A DNA stretch of 64,000 nt from Anthoceros angustus (taxonomy: Eukaryota > Plantae > Anthocerotophyta): positions 186,001 through 250,000 of the forward strand of contig VJWM01000209.1 of the NCBI GenBank assembly GCA_010909165.1. Reading direction: 5' to 3'. Under the pieces are notes generated by a model. The model searched no databases, had not been told where the DNA came from, and saw nothing but the letters and a program-made list of their open reading frames with translations. A program made the position numbers and the translations under genes. Positions 13,290 to 24,305 of this stretch are shown in pieces (position 1 is the first letter of the stretch; the number at the start of each line of letters is the position of its first letter).

Positions 13290-15425
13290 TGCACTCGCGA
13301 TCTTGGTGACTAGAAAATACAATTTCGAGTCACATTGAGGACAGTTGACGGAAGAACACCCTTAAATCATCCCGCATCCGATTCTTCAAAAGCTCGATAG
13401 GATCGCCGTTCACCGTGAACAAGGACTCTTCGCACTGTTTGCTTGACCGCATTCCATATCTCGCAAACCATATCGAACATCGAAGGAACATACAAAGGAC
13501 TCAAATGTCACAAGCTTTCAAAACATATTACCTTGAGAATCCAGCATCCGTTTTATGGCCAGTCACACTTCTCCCAGCATCAGAAGGCACCTGAGCCATC
13601 GTCAAACGTGTAATCATTGTTACACGGCAGCTCTTATTGGTGTAATAGCCAACGAGCCCAGTTGCTTCAGCCATGGTCTTCATGAACCTTGACAACATTC
13701 CTTTTGAAACACGAAGTTTTGCATACCAAGCCTAGCCAAAAACAAAACAAAGAAAATACAAACCACAAAACTTAAGCCCAATAACAACAAACTTACATTT
13801 GATCTTGGGTTATCAATTGTTGAATTGAACAAAACCCCGAATTGATGATTTTTGTCGTTGCACCACTTGGGAGAGTGTTCAATAATGACTCTAAAAGTTT
13901 CGATAACATCGTCAGAATCTTGACCTTTTGACGAAATGCTCACTGGTAATTCTTCATGTCCACTTTATAATTTTTGAAAGCCGTTCTTGATACCGCAAAT
14001 AAAAGCGAGCTTAATTGACATCAAAACAACCAAAACATACAAGACGTCAAAGATACAATGAACAAAACAACCAAAACATCTCGAACAAAAGGTCCTCGAA
14101 TCACGAGAGAACGAGAAGTCCTCGATGAGCGGTTATGTAACTCTTCACCACCTCGAACTCCAAACTGGTCATGCAAAAATATGCACACCGCAAACAATAG
14201 AGCAGACCTCCGGTTAAAACCATAAATGAACAATCAAAGTGCACCCCCTAAACCAACAATATTACCTTTTTTGAGCCCCCCGCCCAAATGAGCATTGATG
14301 ATCTCTGTGTGAAAGAATCCGTCGCTCATCATCATCAGAAATCAACTTCACCTCTTTTCGACATGACACAATCCCAAGGTCCTTGCTGATTTTCATGGAC
14401 GCAACCAACGCTGCCTGGGACCCATGGAAAATTCCATGAAACATGTTGATCACCGGAACATCAGAACCAAGCCGGCTTTGGTTCAAGATGCACTTCCTTG
14501 TTAAAATTCGGTTAAAACCACGAAAGAAAGACATCAACCTGCACAAGAGAGAATCAGAAATCAGTCATGTGAATGAAAGTCAGAACTATCAAAATCAACA
14601 AGTCAAAAACATCACTACTTACGCTTCGGAGAAAATCTCCGTTGTCCTTGATTCGAACTTGATGGAAAAAGGATATCGAATAAGATTTAGATCCTTGTAA
14701 GGAATATCCTCAGAGATCCCATCCCCGACCCCACTCACTTTCATAAAGGCCCAGACGACTTGACACCGCTTATTCCGCGCTTTGGACCTATCCTCCCCAC
14801 CACTCAAGCATCATTCACAGCCTCCTCGGGACTATTGGGTCAAATCCGCTCTAAAATTGCTTCATCATCAATTTCCTCCATACCCATGGCAAAGTCATCT
14901 TGGGATCATCACACTTTAGCCTCTCAAACATATCAAGCACTTCTTGATCGTGGATGACTGTGGTCGAACCACAACAGCATGGAAAATCGCCCAGTAAAGC
15001 ATTCTGCTCAACGGCAGCACACAAATCTCTAGACTCAGAGTTTTGGCGACTCACAACCATGGGATCGCTTATCAAGAAATCATTCTCCCCACAACCGGAC
15101 CCCTCTCTCGATAATCGGGACATAGTTAGTAATCTGCAAGAGGACCTTCAACCAAAGCCACAGTCGAGTGTCCACCCTTCTCCTCTCGAACAAACTCACC
15201 GCACGTCGAGCGTCCTTCTTGGATGAAAATCGCCTTGGCGGTTAAAAGTCTTTTGGGAACTAAGTTCCTTCACTGCACCAAGACACCATCAACTTTACCA
15301 TCATCCCGCAGCGGATGAGTTGCGATGCGAAGCGGATTTGACACTGTAGTATATGGCTTGGCCATAACTTCACCAGGATCCTTGTTTTCTTCCCGCCCGG
15401 CCCGGGGTTTTCTTTTAGGAGCCAT
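13290..15425 (-). CDS. Intron-containing tyrosine recombinase of Crypton/DUF3504 type (frameshifted in this copy)
   Basis: Starts MAPKRK (15425), then EDIPxKDLNLILISFFHQVRNLKDNRRFSPET (clearest in the inverted copy, 47620-47720). Further motifs: AALVASMKISKDLG...ISDDDERRIL; FGVRGGEE (14164-14141); YQERLSKN; WYAKLRVSKGMLSRFMKTMAEATGL.GYYTNKSCRVTMITRL...VTGHKTDAGFSR|Y (13731-13455). GT-AG junctions lie at 14622/14539, 14265 and 13531. Further Cys-rich exons may extend to ~12130. Confidence 0.85.
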
Positions 15426-17180
15426 CGCAAAAGCGAAAAGATTAGAGTGGTCAAGGAACTTGACAACACAAACATCCTAGTTGACAAAAGACAAAATAAA
15501 AAACACTTACATGGTGTTGAACTTCCATAGGAACTCAAGGGTCTAACAATTGATTATAAAACAATCGAAGACGAGGATAGGGATGGGGGGATATGGCACA
15601 CATTCATTGAATATACACATTGTTAAATATTGAAATCCTCCACTTTTGGTTAGTGAGAAGATAACTCCTTTTCAAACAACACCCACATACTTCCGTAATA
15701 GAAGACTTTGTCGGCAAGTTAGATTTAAGAGAAAACAAACAAAATAAGGTTATCCGCAGACATACAAACAAGAATGCATAACAAACTACGAGATTCAATC
15801 ATGACTTCAAATTCAGTGAAATGGTTATCCCGATTCAGATGCACGTAATCGTTGCTGTCAACCCTTCACACGATGAACAATAAAGCCTACACACAAAAGA
15901 ATTAGATTATTCACAGAGAACTCACAGCAAAAAGACAACGAGGTAATTATCAATGAGGAGAAATCATCAAGTTTAAAATACTCAATAATATACTGGGTTA
16001 CACCAACAAAACGCCTTATACGAGAGCTTGTTCAACAAGCAAGGACCTTAGAATAAGAATGAGACAAACGATTGAACCCGACAATGCACGACAATTAATA
16101 AACACGAATTCAACAAAGACTTGTTGAATTCGCAAGATAACAAAAAAGCATTTTTAAACAAAAGAACATTACAAAGCGAACAACAAAAGACGCTTTTTAC
16201 CAAACAAGGTCCCAAATGTGTCACACGTCCAAACCTTGATCGCATCAAAAGATGAGAGAGTAAGATCACAAGCAAGGCAACGCTCCAGAAAGAAGAGAAG
16301 GCAAGATTTTGCATCGACACAACAACAAACAAACGACATAACCATGACACAAAAGACAAATGTAAATCATTGTCAAACTTGACAAAGTAACCAACCTTTC
16401 TTACGCCCAACAACCTCTTGCACCGATTACTCCTGCTTCAAAAAGGAATAGAAGACAATAAGAACATCGCTCAACATTATAAACAATGAAAGCATCAAGA
16501 GAAGATAACATACATTTTCCAATAAGAACATATGCGTAAACGCAGAGAAACCTTGACACAAAAGACATTTGATGACTTACCAAAGTGGTCCCGATCTATA
16601 ACCGCCACTTCAAACGAAAACTTGATCGCATCAAAACACAATGGAGAGGGTTACAACACACGAGCAAAGCGAAGTGTCAGAACAAAGACTTGAACAGCAA
16701 AGTCGCTAACGAACATTTTAAAACCATAAACAAAATTACGAACAAACAGAATCAAACTAAATAACAAACGATTTAACGATAGAGACAAGAAGACGGCAAG
16801 ACAAAAGAACCTTCAAACAGAAACCATGGAACCACAACAAAACAGCGACGATAAAGGGACACTTCCACAAAACAAACAATCAAGCAATACGAGATTTTGC
16901 AAGAGAAAGAACACAAGTATCACATATGCAAAAATGAACAAAAGTAAGCCTAGCCAACCAGAAGCTCGAAAGCATCGAAGAATTACCTGGTCGCTTACAT
17001 GAGAGGAAGTAACACCATCGACAACGTAAAAAGCAAGATCAAGAACAACGCAAACTACGAACGAGAAATCAAATAGAACAACAAAGACTAGGGACATACA
17101 AATCGATAACATCTTAGCGGTCTTTCCTAAGAAAGATAAACAATCACGCAGGCAAAGAACAACATAAACAACAGACAAAA

Positions 17181-18185
17181 TACACAAAACATCCTACGAT
17201 GTATATAGAAACTTGAATACACTACCACCAGAGGTAGACAAAACAGAAAGCAAAACTAGAAAACAAAGAATGAAACACAAAAGCCAAATACACTACTCCC
17301 AGAGTAAAGCAACAAAACCGCAAAAACAACAAGACACAAAACAACAAGACACAAAACAACGTGAACGCAGATGGCCTTCAAATAAAGAAAAGGCCTTAAG
17401 AAAGAAACCTTGGCCTTTACCAAACAACCTTGGCCTTGGACTAAGCAAGCACATGGACCTTAGATAAAAGACACCTTGGCCTTGAACATGGGAACCCCTT
17501 GAAAAAGAACCTTCAAACAGAAAGCAAAACACCTTGGCCTCAAACAAACTTTACGACACCTTGGCCTTGAACAACAGAAAGGCCTTAACATTGGAAAGGG
17601 CCTGAAAGAAACCTTGGCCCCAAAACTTAAACGACCTTAGCGAACCTAGAACACCTTGGCCTTCAAATGAGCTACACAAAACATCCTACGATGTATATAG
17701 AAACTTGAATACCACCATAGAGGTAGACAAAACACGAACCCGAACAGACTAGAAAACAAAGAATGAAAGGACAAAGCGCCAAATACACTACTCCGTAGCA
17801 ACGAAACAACAAAACCGCACAAAACAACAAGACACAAAACAACAAGACACAAAACAACAAAACAACGTGAACGCAGATGGCCAGCACAAATAGAAAGGCC
17901 TTAACCTTGCGAATAAACCTTGGCCTTGCCAAAACAACCTTGGCCTGGACTAAGCAAGCACATGGACCTTAGAGGCAAAGACACCTTGGCAACATGGGAA
18001 CCCCTTGGCCTCAAAAGAACCTTCAAACAGAAAGAACACTTGGCCTTCAAAACAAACTTTACCGACACCTTGGCCTTGAACAAATGAGAAAGGCCTTAAC
18101 ATTGGAAAGGGCCTGAAAGAAACCTTGGCCCCAAAACTTAAAACCTAGCCTAGCGAACCTAGAACACCTTGGCCTTCAAATGAGC
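17181..18185. repeat. ~490 bp tandem duplication in a CCTTGGCC-rich repeat region
   Basis: tacacaaaacatcctacgatgtatatagaaacttgaatac occurs at 17181 and 17673. It is present only once in the inverted copy. Confidence 0.85.
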
Positions 18186-18354
18186 TCTAGACCTTAGCCT
18201 TGAGGAACCAAACACGCTATTGAAACTAGAACTAAAACAGCCTCCTTCAAACAGAGGACCTTGGCCTACGAAACTAAACACGAGCAAAACACCTAAGCCT
18301 TGGAGAGGACCACCTGGACTTGAAAAGACAGAATGACAAAAGAACTCCGATGAA

Positions 18355-18385
18355 AGCCATTTATATAGGCCAGCAAACCCTAAAT
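18355..18385 (-). promoter_or_regulatory. Putative TATA box plus telo-box driving the recombinase transcript
   Basis: The minus strand reads TTTAGGGTTTGCTGGCCTATATAAATGGC. The motif is conserved in the inverted copy at 44100-44130. Confidence 0.45.
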
Positions 18386-20289
18386 ATTCTCACCTGGCGC
18401 CGTTTTCTACCTTGGTTTGAATTTACAACCTCCCGAGCCCAATTCCAAACCACCGAGGTTTGCCATTCACCCCTGCTCAACCAAACCTAGATTCAATTTT
18501 CCAAACCTAGCCTAGGCACCAAACCTAATCTCCAACCCCGATGCGGGAACGTTACCGCCAACCAGACCGCCACGCACGCCCACCATCGAACCATCTAGAA
18601 CCCTAACTTTCGAAAACAAAGATGCACATAGGGTTAGTGGTCACGCCCAACACGCCGCCAGTCGCACGCTCGCTTCCTCCCGATATCACCCTGCCGAGTG
18701 ACCATTCGCTCACTGAGTCCCTGGAGAAGGTCCGCGCAATCTTCCTCATCTGTCACGCCCACTACATGCGTCGATGCATCGCCCGCTAGTTCCATCTAGG
18801 TCGCCAGCGCCTTTCAGCCGCAAACCATCTCGACACGCCTTGCGCACACCGGTCACCCATCTCCTTCCACCGCCAACACGACATCAAGAAGTCGAGGTCT
18901 CCTGGGTAGCGCCGCCACACTTACGCCTCTTCTTTGTTTTCTCATTCGCAACCACGCGGTTTTACTCCGTCGGTAGCAATCGCCAGCCCGCTGGTCGCTT
19001 CTTGCTGATGCTGAAAGTCTCGAGACATAGCCGCACAAAACCTCGACGCCCTCCGTGGGTACGCTCGCACGCTACGCCTGTCTCTTCTTTGTTTTCGTTG
19101 CAGCCCATTGAACGCCACTGTCGTCTTTGCTTCCGTTTCGCTCGCAGCTGTAATCGCCGTGAGTTTGCTGCGCCATGATTTAATTTGGGGTCTCATAAAC
19201 AAAACCTCGACGCCCTCCGTGGGTACGTTGTCCAATTTACGCCGCTTTTTCTTTGTTTTTCGCACCAATTGCCAACGCCATCTTGCCTTTACTTCCGCCT
19301 CGCTCGGTAGCCTCGTAATCGCCATCGTCCGCTTCGCTTCCTTGCTTGATTTAGCTGAAGTCTCGAGACATAGCCGCACAAAACTCGACGGCCCCTCCGT
19401 GGGTACGTTGTCACACGCCACGCCGCGTCTCTTCTTTTTGTTTTCGTTGCAGCCCAATGCAACTGTCGCGTGGCTTTTGCTTCGCCTCGGATAGCTGTAG
19501 CGTGAGTTTGTTGCAACCGCCTTGCTTATCAAGTGATTTGTTGTTGCGTATATCGAGACATCGCACAAAACCGCCTGTGGTCCACTGAGAAGTAAGTTCG
19601 CCTACAGTTGCCAACCACCTTACTTCCATTTGCTTGTTTTTCAAAGTCCGCATCGCGAGTAAGCGTGTCCTCGATAGTGTTGTCTCCGATCTGGCGTTTG
19701 CATCGGCTTAATCTTCGCTTTTTCCTAGATCACCGGAAACACGCCTAGTGTGGTGTCCGCAGGTCCAACCACACGAAAACACAACCGTAAGTCACCTCCA
19801 TCACGCATGCGAGTTAAAGAAGCATGCTTGTCAAATGTTATCGCGGGCATGGTAGTGCATGCTAGTTGCTGCATACGATGCGAGTCACGCCGCAGACGCC
19901 ACTGCATGTTGACGTGTCATGCAGCGTGTCGAGTCAACGCCAGTAGATGCTTGAGTGGCATGCCGCAAAACGCGGATGCCGCAACACGCGATCGGACTTT
20001 GTAAACTCACGCCTCTCCTCTTTCGTGAATTGCGCAGCCAAAGGTCACGCAAGAAGGCGCCACTCTAGTGTAAGCCCGCTCCAATTCTCAACTTGTTGCA
20101 CCTTCATGCGCCTTGTTCACCGATTTGATTTGATTCTCCACATGATTCTAATGATTTTTTGAATCGGGATGGAATCGAGAACAAGCAATAACGATTTTCA
20201 AATCCAAGAAGGTACTTGATTGTTATTCGCATACGCTTCTTACTTTGCTTTTACTTTTACTAATATCTATGTGTCAACCCCTCAGACAA

Positions 20290-21830
20290 GAACTACATGA
20301 CGCCACCGTGAGCGCCACTCGACAAATTACTTCCCACCCATGGGGATCCAGGATATGACGCTAACAGAGTTTGAACCACCACCGGAGATAAGAAAGATCG
20401 TAGAAAAGGTATTCGTGAAAATGATTGAGTCCTGTATGTTCTCGTTGGTCGAGTCTAACAAAACCCGTGGGTTGCGCCTCTCATGAGCACACAATGTTCT
20501 CGTGATGGACAAACAAGACCTTAAGCATCTTTGCGAGATGCCCGCCATTGAATAAGATAAAGAAGGTAAGCACTTTTCTTTAATTCATAAACTTGATCTA
20601 ATTATGCTCAAATCCAAAATCTTAACCCTAAATTTATCTCGCAGGATATCAAAAGAACCTTGAACAATGACTCAATTGAGCCGAAACGCACACTTGTGGA
20701 AAGGTTTAATGGACACCGATTTCAATGCAAACAATGTTGGAGGGATATCAAAGTTCAATCCAGCGATCGGAGGTAATCAAATTAATACATTCATACCTTC
20801 TTTGCTTCTTCACATTGACCTTCTTATAACTTGGCATTACTGTATCGCCGGAAAACAAGTCGCTGCAAAAACATAAAGGACAAAGTCGATAAGATTGACA
20901 ACAACATTGACAACGCAGCCATCTCCAATCGTATACAAAAGTATTAGTATATAATGTGCATTAATATGATTTTGGTTTAAGAAATTAATGATTTTGGTTT
21001 TGATCGTGCAAAAAGAGAAAATTGATGACTTCAGGAGGATGGACCAACTTACGGGCCGTCACTTGAGTTCACCGAGTTTGGAAAGTGGATGAGCAATTTT
21101 CAATATCCACCACTTTTTCAAGACTTTAAAGATAAGTATTCTGCAATTTGGGAGCATAGTCTAAAAGAGCAAGTACAGCCCATCTTGAATGAAGATGGGT
21201 CCAACCCAACATTCGAGCAGTACAGACAAATCCAAGCAAGTAAGCCGCGATAACTTCTCTTTTCTCTATTATTTTCATTACATATAATTCTATGTAATGT
21301 AATTCTGTATGCATTGAATGCAGAGATAGGGGCAGCAATTGAAAATAAGGAGTTGAAAACGACAGACTTGTTGTCTCTCATGGAAGAACCAGAGACAACT
21401 AAAAACATTCAAAAGGTACATCGTTTGAAAGGTAATATCTGCTTGCATTCCAAAAAAAATTCTAATGTTTATGTTTCTTCGGAACATACGATCACATTTC
21501 CGCAGTGCGGGGAATCTTCACAGCACGTGTTTAACGCTTGTCGAAAAGGTATATGCAAAGAAAGATCTTCTCCGAATTGAAATGGAGGTAAATGACTAAT
21601 TACTTTTACTTTTTGTTTGTAGTTATCGGAGAATCAAAACGAGTTGTTTTCACTCTTTGAGGTGAGTACTAAAGTTAAAAATAGATAAGTTTTATATATG
21701 AATTCGACAATGGTTTAAATTGCGAAATATTCTCGCTTGATGAAATATTGAAATGATAATACATTTATCGGACCATACAATCAGCAGCTCAAAAGTACTA
21801 TTCAAGAGACGGACACGTAACCATATTACA
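20290..21830 (+). CDS. Second, divergently transcribed multi-exon gene of the element; unknown protein with a CxxC motif
   Basis: GT-AG-bounded blocks (gaag|gtaag at 20566; gcag|gatatc at 20645) give PPxEIRKIVEK... and VERFNGHRFQCKQCWRDIKVQSS. The gene is duplicated at 22113-23570 and inverted at ~40500-42030. Confidence 0.5.
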
Positions 21831-23830
21831 CTCCATCTACTCCAATAGAATATGTGTGATTTAACCAAAACTATTTTGATTAGAGCCTAATTACGGTGGC
21901 GATGATAATCCTTTTATTGTGTAAAAGGATTGAAAAAAAGCAAAAAGACTGATGTGAAGGTAAAGAGAAGAGAAATGACATATAAGCGGGTGGTATAGGC
22001 ACCCGCCTAAATAGTTCAGACTGCTCCGCCTGCCGCAATGAGCTGCCTCGGCCCCTGCACTCCCCGCCGCCTTGCGGGGAACGGACGCGCCAAGACGGCA
22101 GAACGGTCCCGGCCACCACCGGAGATAAGAAAGATCGTAGAAAAGGTATTCGTGAAAATGATTGCGTTAGTCTGTATGTTCTCGTTGGTCGAGTCTAACA
22201 AAACCCGTGGGTTGCGCCTCTCATGAGCACACAATGTTCTCGTGATGGACAAACAAGACCTTAAGCATCTTTATGAGATGCCCGCCATTGAATAAGATAA
22301 AGAAGGTAAGCACTTTTCTTTAATTCATAAACTTGATCTAATTATGCTCAAATCCAAAATCTTAACCCTAAATTTATCTCGCAGGATATCAAAAGAACCT
22401 TGAACAATGACTCAATTGAGCCGAAACGCACACTTGTGGAAAGGTTTAATGGACACCGATTTCAATGCAAACAATGTTGGAGGGATATCAAAGTTCAATC
22501 CAGCGATCGGAGGTAATCAAATTAATACATTCATACCTTCTTTGCTTCTTCACATTGACCTTCTTATAACTTGGCATTACGTATCGCGGAAAACAAGTCG
22601 CTGCAAAAACATAAAGGACAAAGTCGATAAGATTGACAACAACATTGACAACGCAGCCATCTCCAATCGTATACAAAAGTATTAGTATATAATGCATTAA
22701 TATGATTTTGGTTTAAGAAATTAATGATTTTGGTTTTGATCGTGCAAAAAGAGAAAATTGATGACTTCAGGAGGATGGACCAACTTACGGGCCGTCACTT
22801 GAGTTCACCGAGTTTGGAAAGTGGATGAGCAATTTTCAATATCCACCACTTTTCAAGACTTTAAAGATAAGTATTCGCAATTTGGGAGCATAGTCTAAAA
22901 GAGCAACCATATCTTGAATGAAGATGGGTCCAACCCAACATTCGAGCAAGACAGACAAATCCAAGCAAGTAAGATAACTTCTCTTTTCTCTATTATTTTC
23001 ATTACATATAATTCTATGTAATGTAATTGTATGCATTGAATGCGAGATAGGGGCAGCAATTGAAAATAAGGAGTTGAAAACGACTTGTTGTCTCTCATGG
23101 AAGAACCAGAGACAACTAAAAACATTCAAAAGGTACATCGTTTGAAAGGTAATATCCGCTTGCATTCCAAAAAATTCTAATGTTTATGTTTCTTCGTAAC
23201 ATACGATCACATTTCAGCAGGGAATCTTCACAGACGTGTTTAACGCTTGTCGAAAAGGTATATGCAAAGAAAGATCTTCTCCGAATTGAAATGGAGGTAA
23301 ATGACTAATTACTTTTACTTTTTGTTTGTAGTTATCGGAGAATCAAAACGAGTTGTTTTCACTCTTTGAGGTGAGTACTAAAGTTAAAAATAGATAAGTT
23401 TTATATATGAATTCGACAATGGTTTAAATTGCGAAATATTCTCGCTTGATGAAATATTGAAATGATAATACATTTATCGGACCATACAATCAGCAGCTCA
23501 AAAGTACTATTCAAGAGACGGACACGTAACCATATTACACTCCATCTACTCCAATAGAATATGTGTGATTTAACCAAAACTATTTTGATTAGAGCCTAAT
23601 TACGGTGGCGATGATAATCCTTTTATTGTGTAAAAGGATTGAAAAAAAGCAAAAGACTGATGTGAAGGTAAAGAGAAGAGAAATGACATATAAGCCGGGT
23701 GGTATAGGCACCCGCCTAAATAGTTCAGACTGCTCCGCCTGCCGCAATGAGCTGCCTCGGCCCCTGCACTCCCCGCCGCCTTGCGGGGAACGGACGCGCC
23801 AAGACGGCAGAACGGTCCCGGCCACCACCG
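20376..23830. repeat. ~1.74 kb tandem duplication
   Basis: ccaccaccggagataagaaagatcg occurs at 20376 and 22113. The junction microhomology is CCACCACCG. Confidence 0.9.
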
Positions 23831-23857
23831 TTCCGCGTGACGCGCCGCTCTCAATAC

Positions 23858-24305
23858 TTGTTGCACCTTCATGCGCAGGCATATGGCAATGCACCTCAAG
23901 TACACGCACATCGATTCCTGGCCTGATCTTGGTGTCGGCGTACCTGGGTCGATTCTTGACATACCCATGTCTATCCGTTCTCCCTTATCCTTGAATCAGG
24001 TCAAGAGTAAAATACTCTTGTTTCTCCCTTGTTGGTTGGCCTTAAAAGGCCCCCCTGTGGAGGCCTCATTCCTCTCCTTGGTATGGGCTTCTTGGCCTCC
24101 TCTCCTGGCCTTGGCCTTGGGCTTGGGCTTCGCCTCCTCCTGGCCTTGACTTGGGCTTCGCCTCTCTCCTGGCCTTGGGCTTGGGCTTCTTCGCCTCCTT
24201 GGCCTTGGCCTTGGCCTTGGGCTTCCTTTTGCTCTCCTTGGCCTTGGCCTTGGGCTTCGCCTCCTCTCCTTGGCTGGCCTTGGCCTCCTCTCCTTGGCCT
24301 TGGGC
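23858..24305 (-). mobile_element. Retrotransposon gag start / 5' leader with CCTTGG-GGCTT low-complexity repeats
   Basis: Repeated ccttggccttgggcttcgcctcct. The same repeat continues (inverted) at 40100-40138, on the far side of recombinase element copy 2. Confidence 0.5.

Larger units (their letters stand above)
11554..23857 (-). mobile_element. Crypton-like tyrosine-recombinase DNA element, copy 1 (~10 kb after removing two internal tandem duplications)
   Basis: The whole block is repeated at 24306-27202 (direct) plus 40139-47868 (inverted). Both copies begin GTAA(A)GTCGCG and end AATAC. It encodes a YR gene. No LTRs or long TIRs were seen. Confidence 0.8.

Noticed and set aside
15600-18350. 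Many hydrophobic Cys/Phe/Leu/Val-rich ORFs (also 44100-46800)
   Set aside because: They are by-products of TTGTT-rich low-complexity intron/UTR DNA, and their frames are not conserved between copies.
11554-23857. Helitron, CACTA or hAT identity for the large repeat
   Set aside because: No Rep/helicase or DDE motifs, CACTA ends or long TIRs were seen, whereas the YR motifs are clear.
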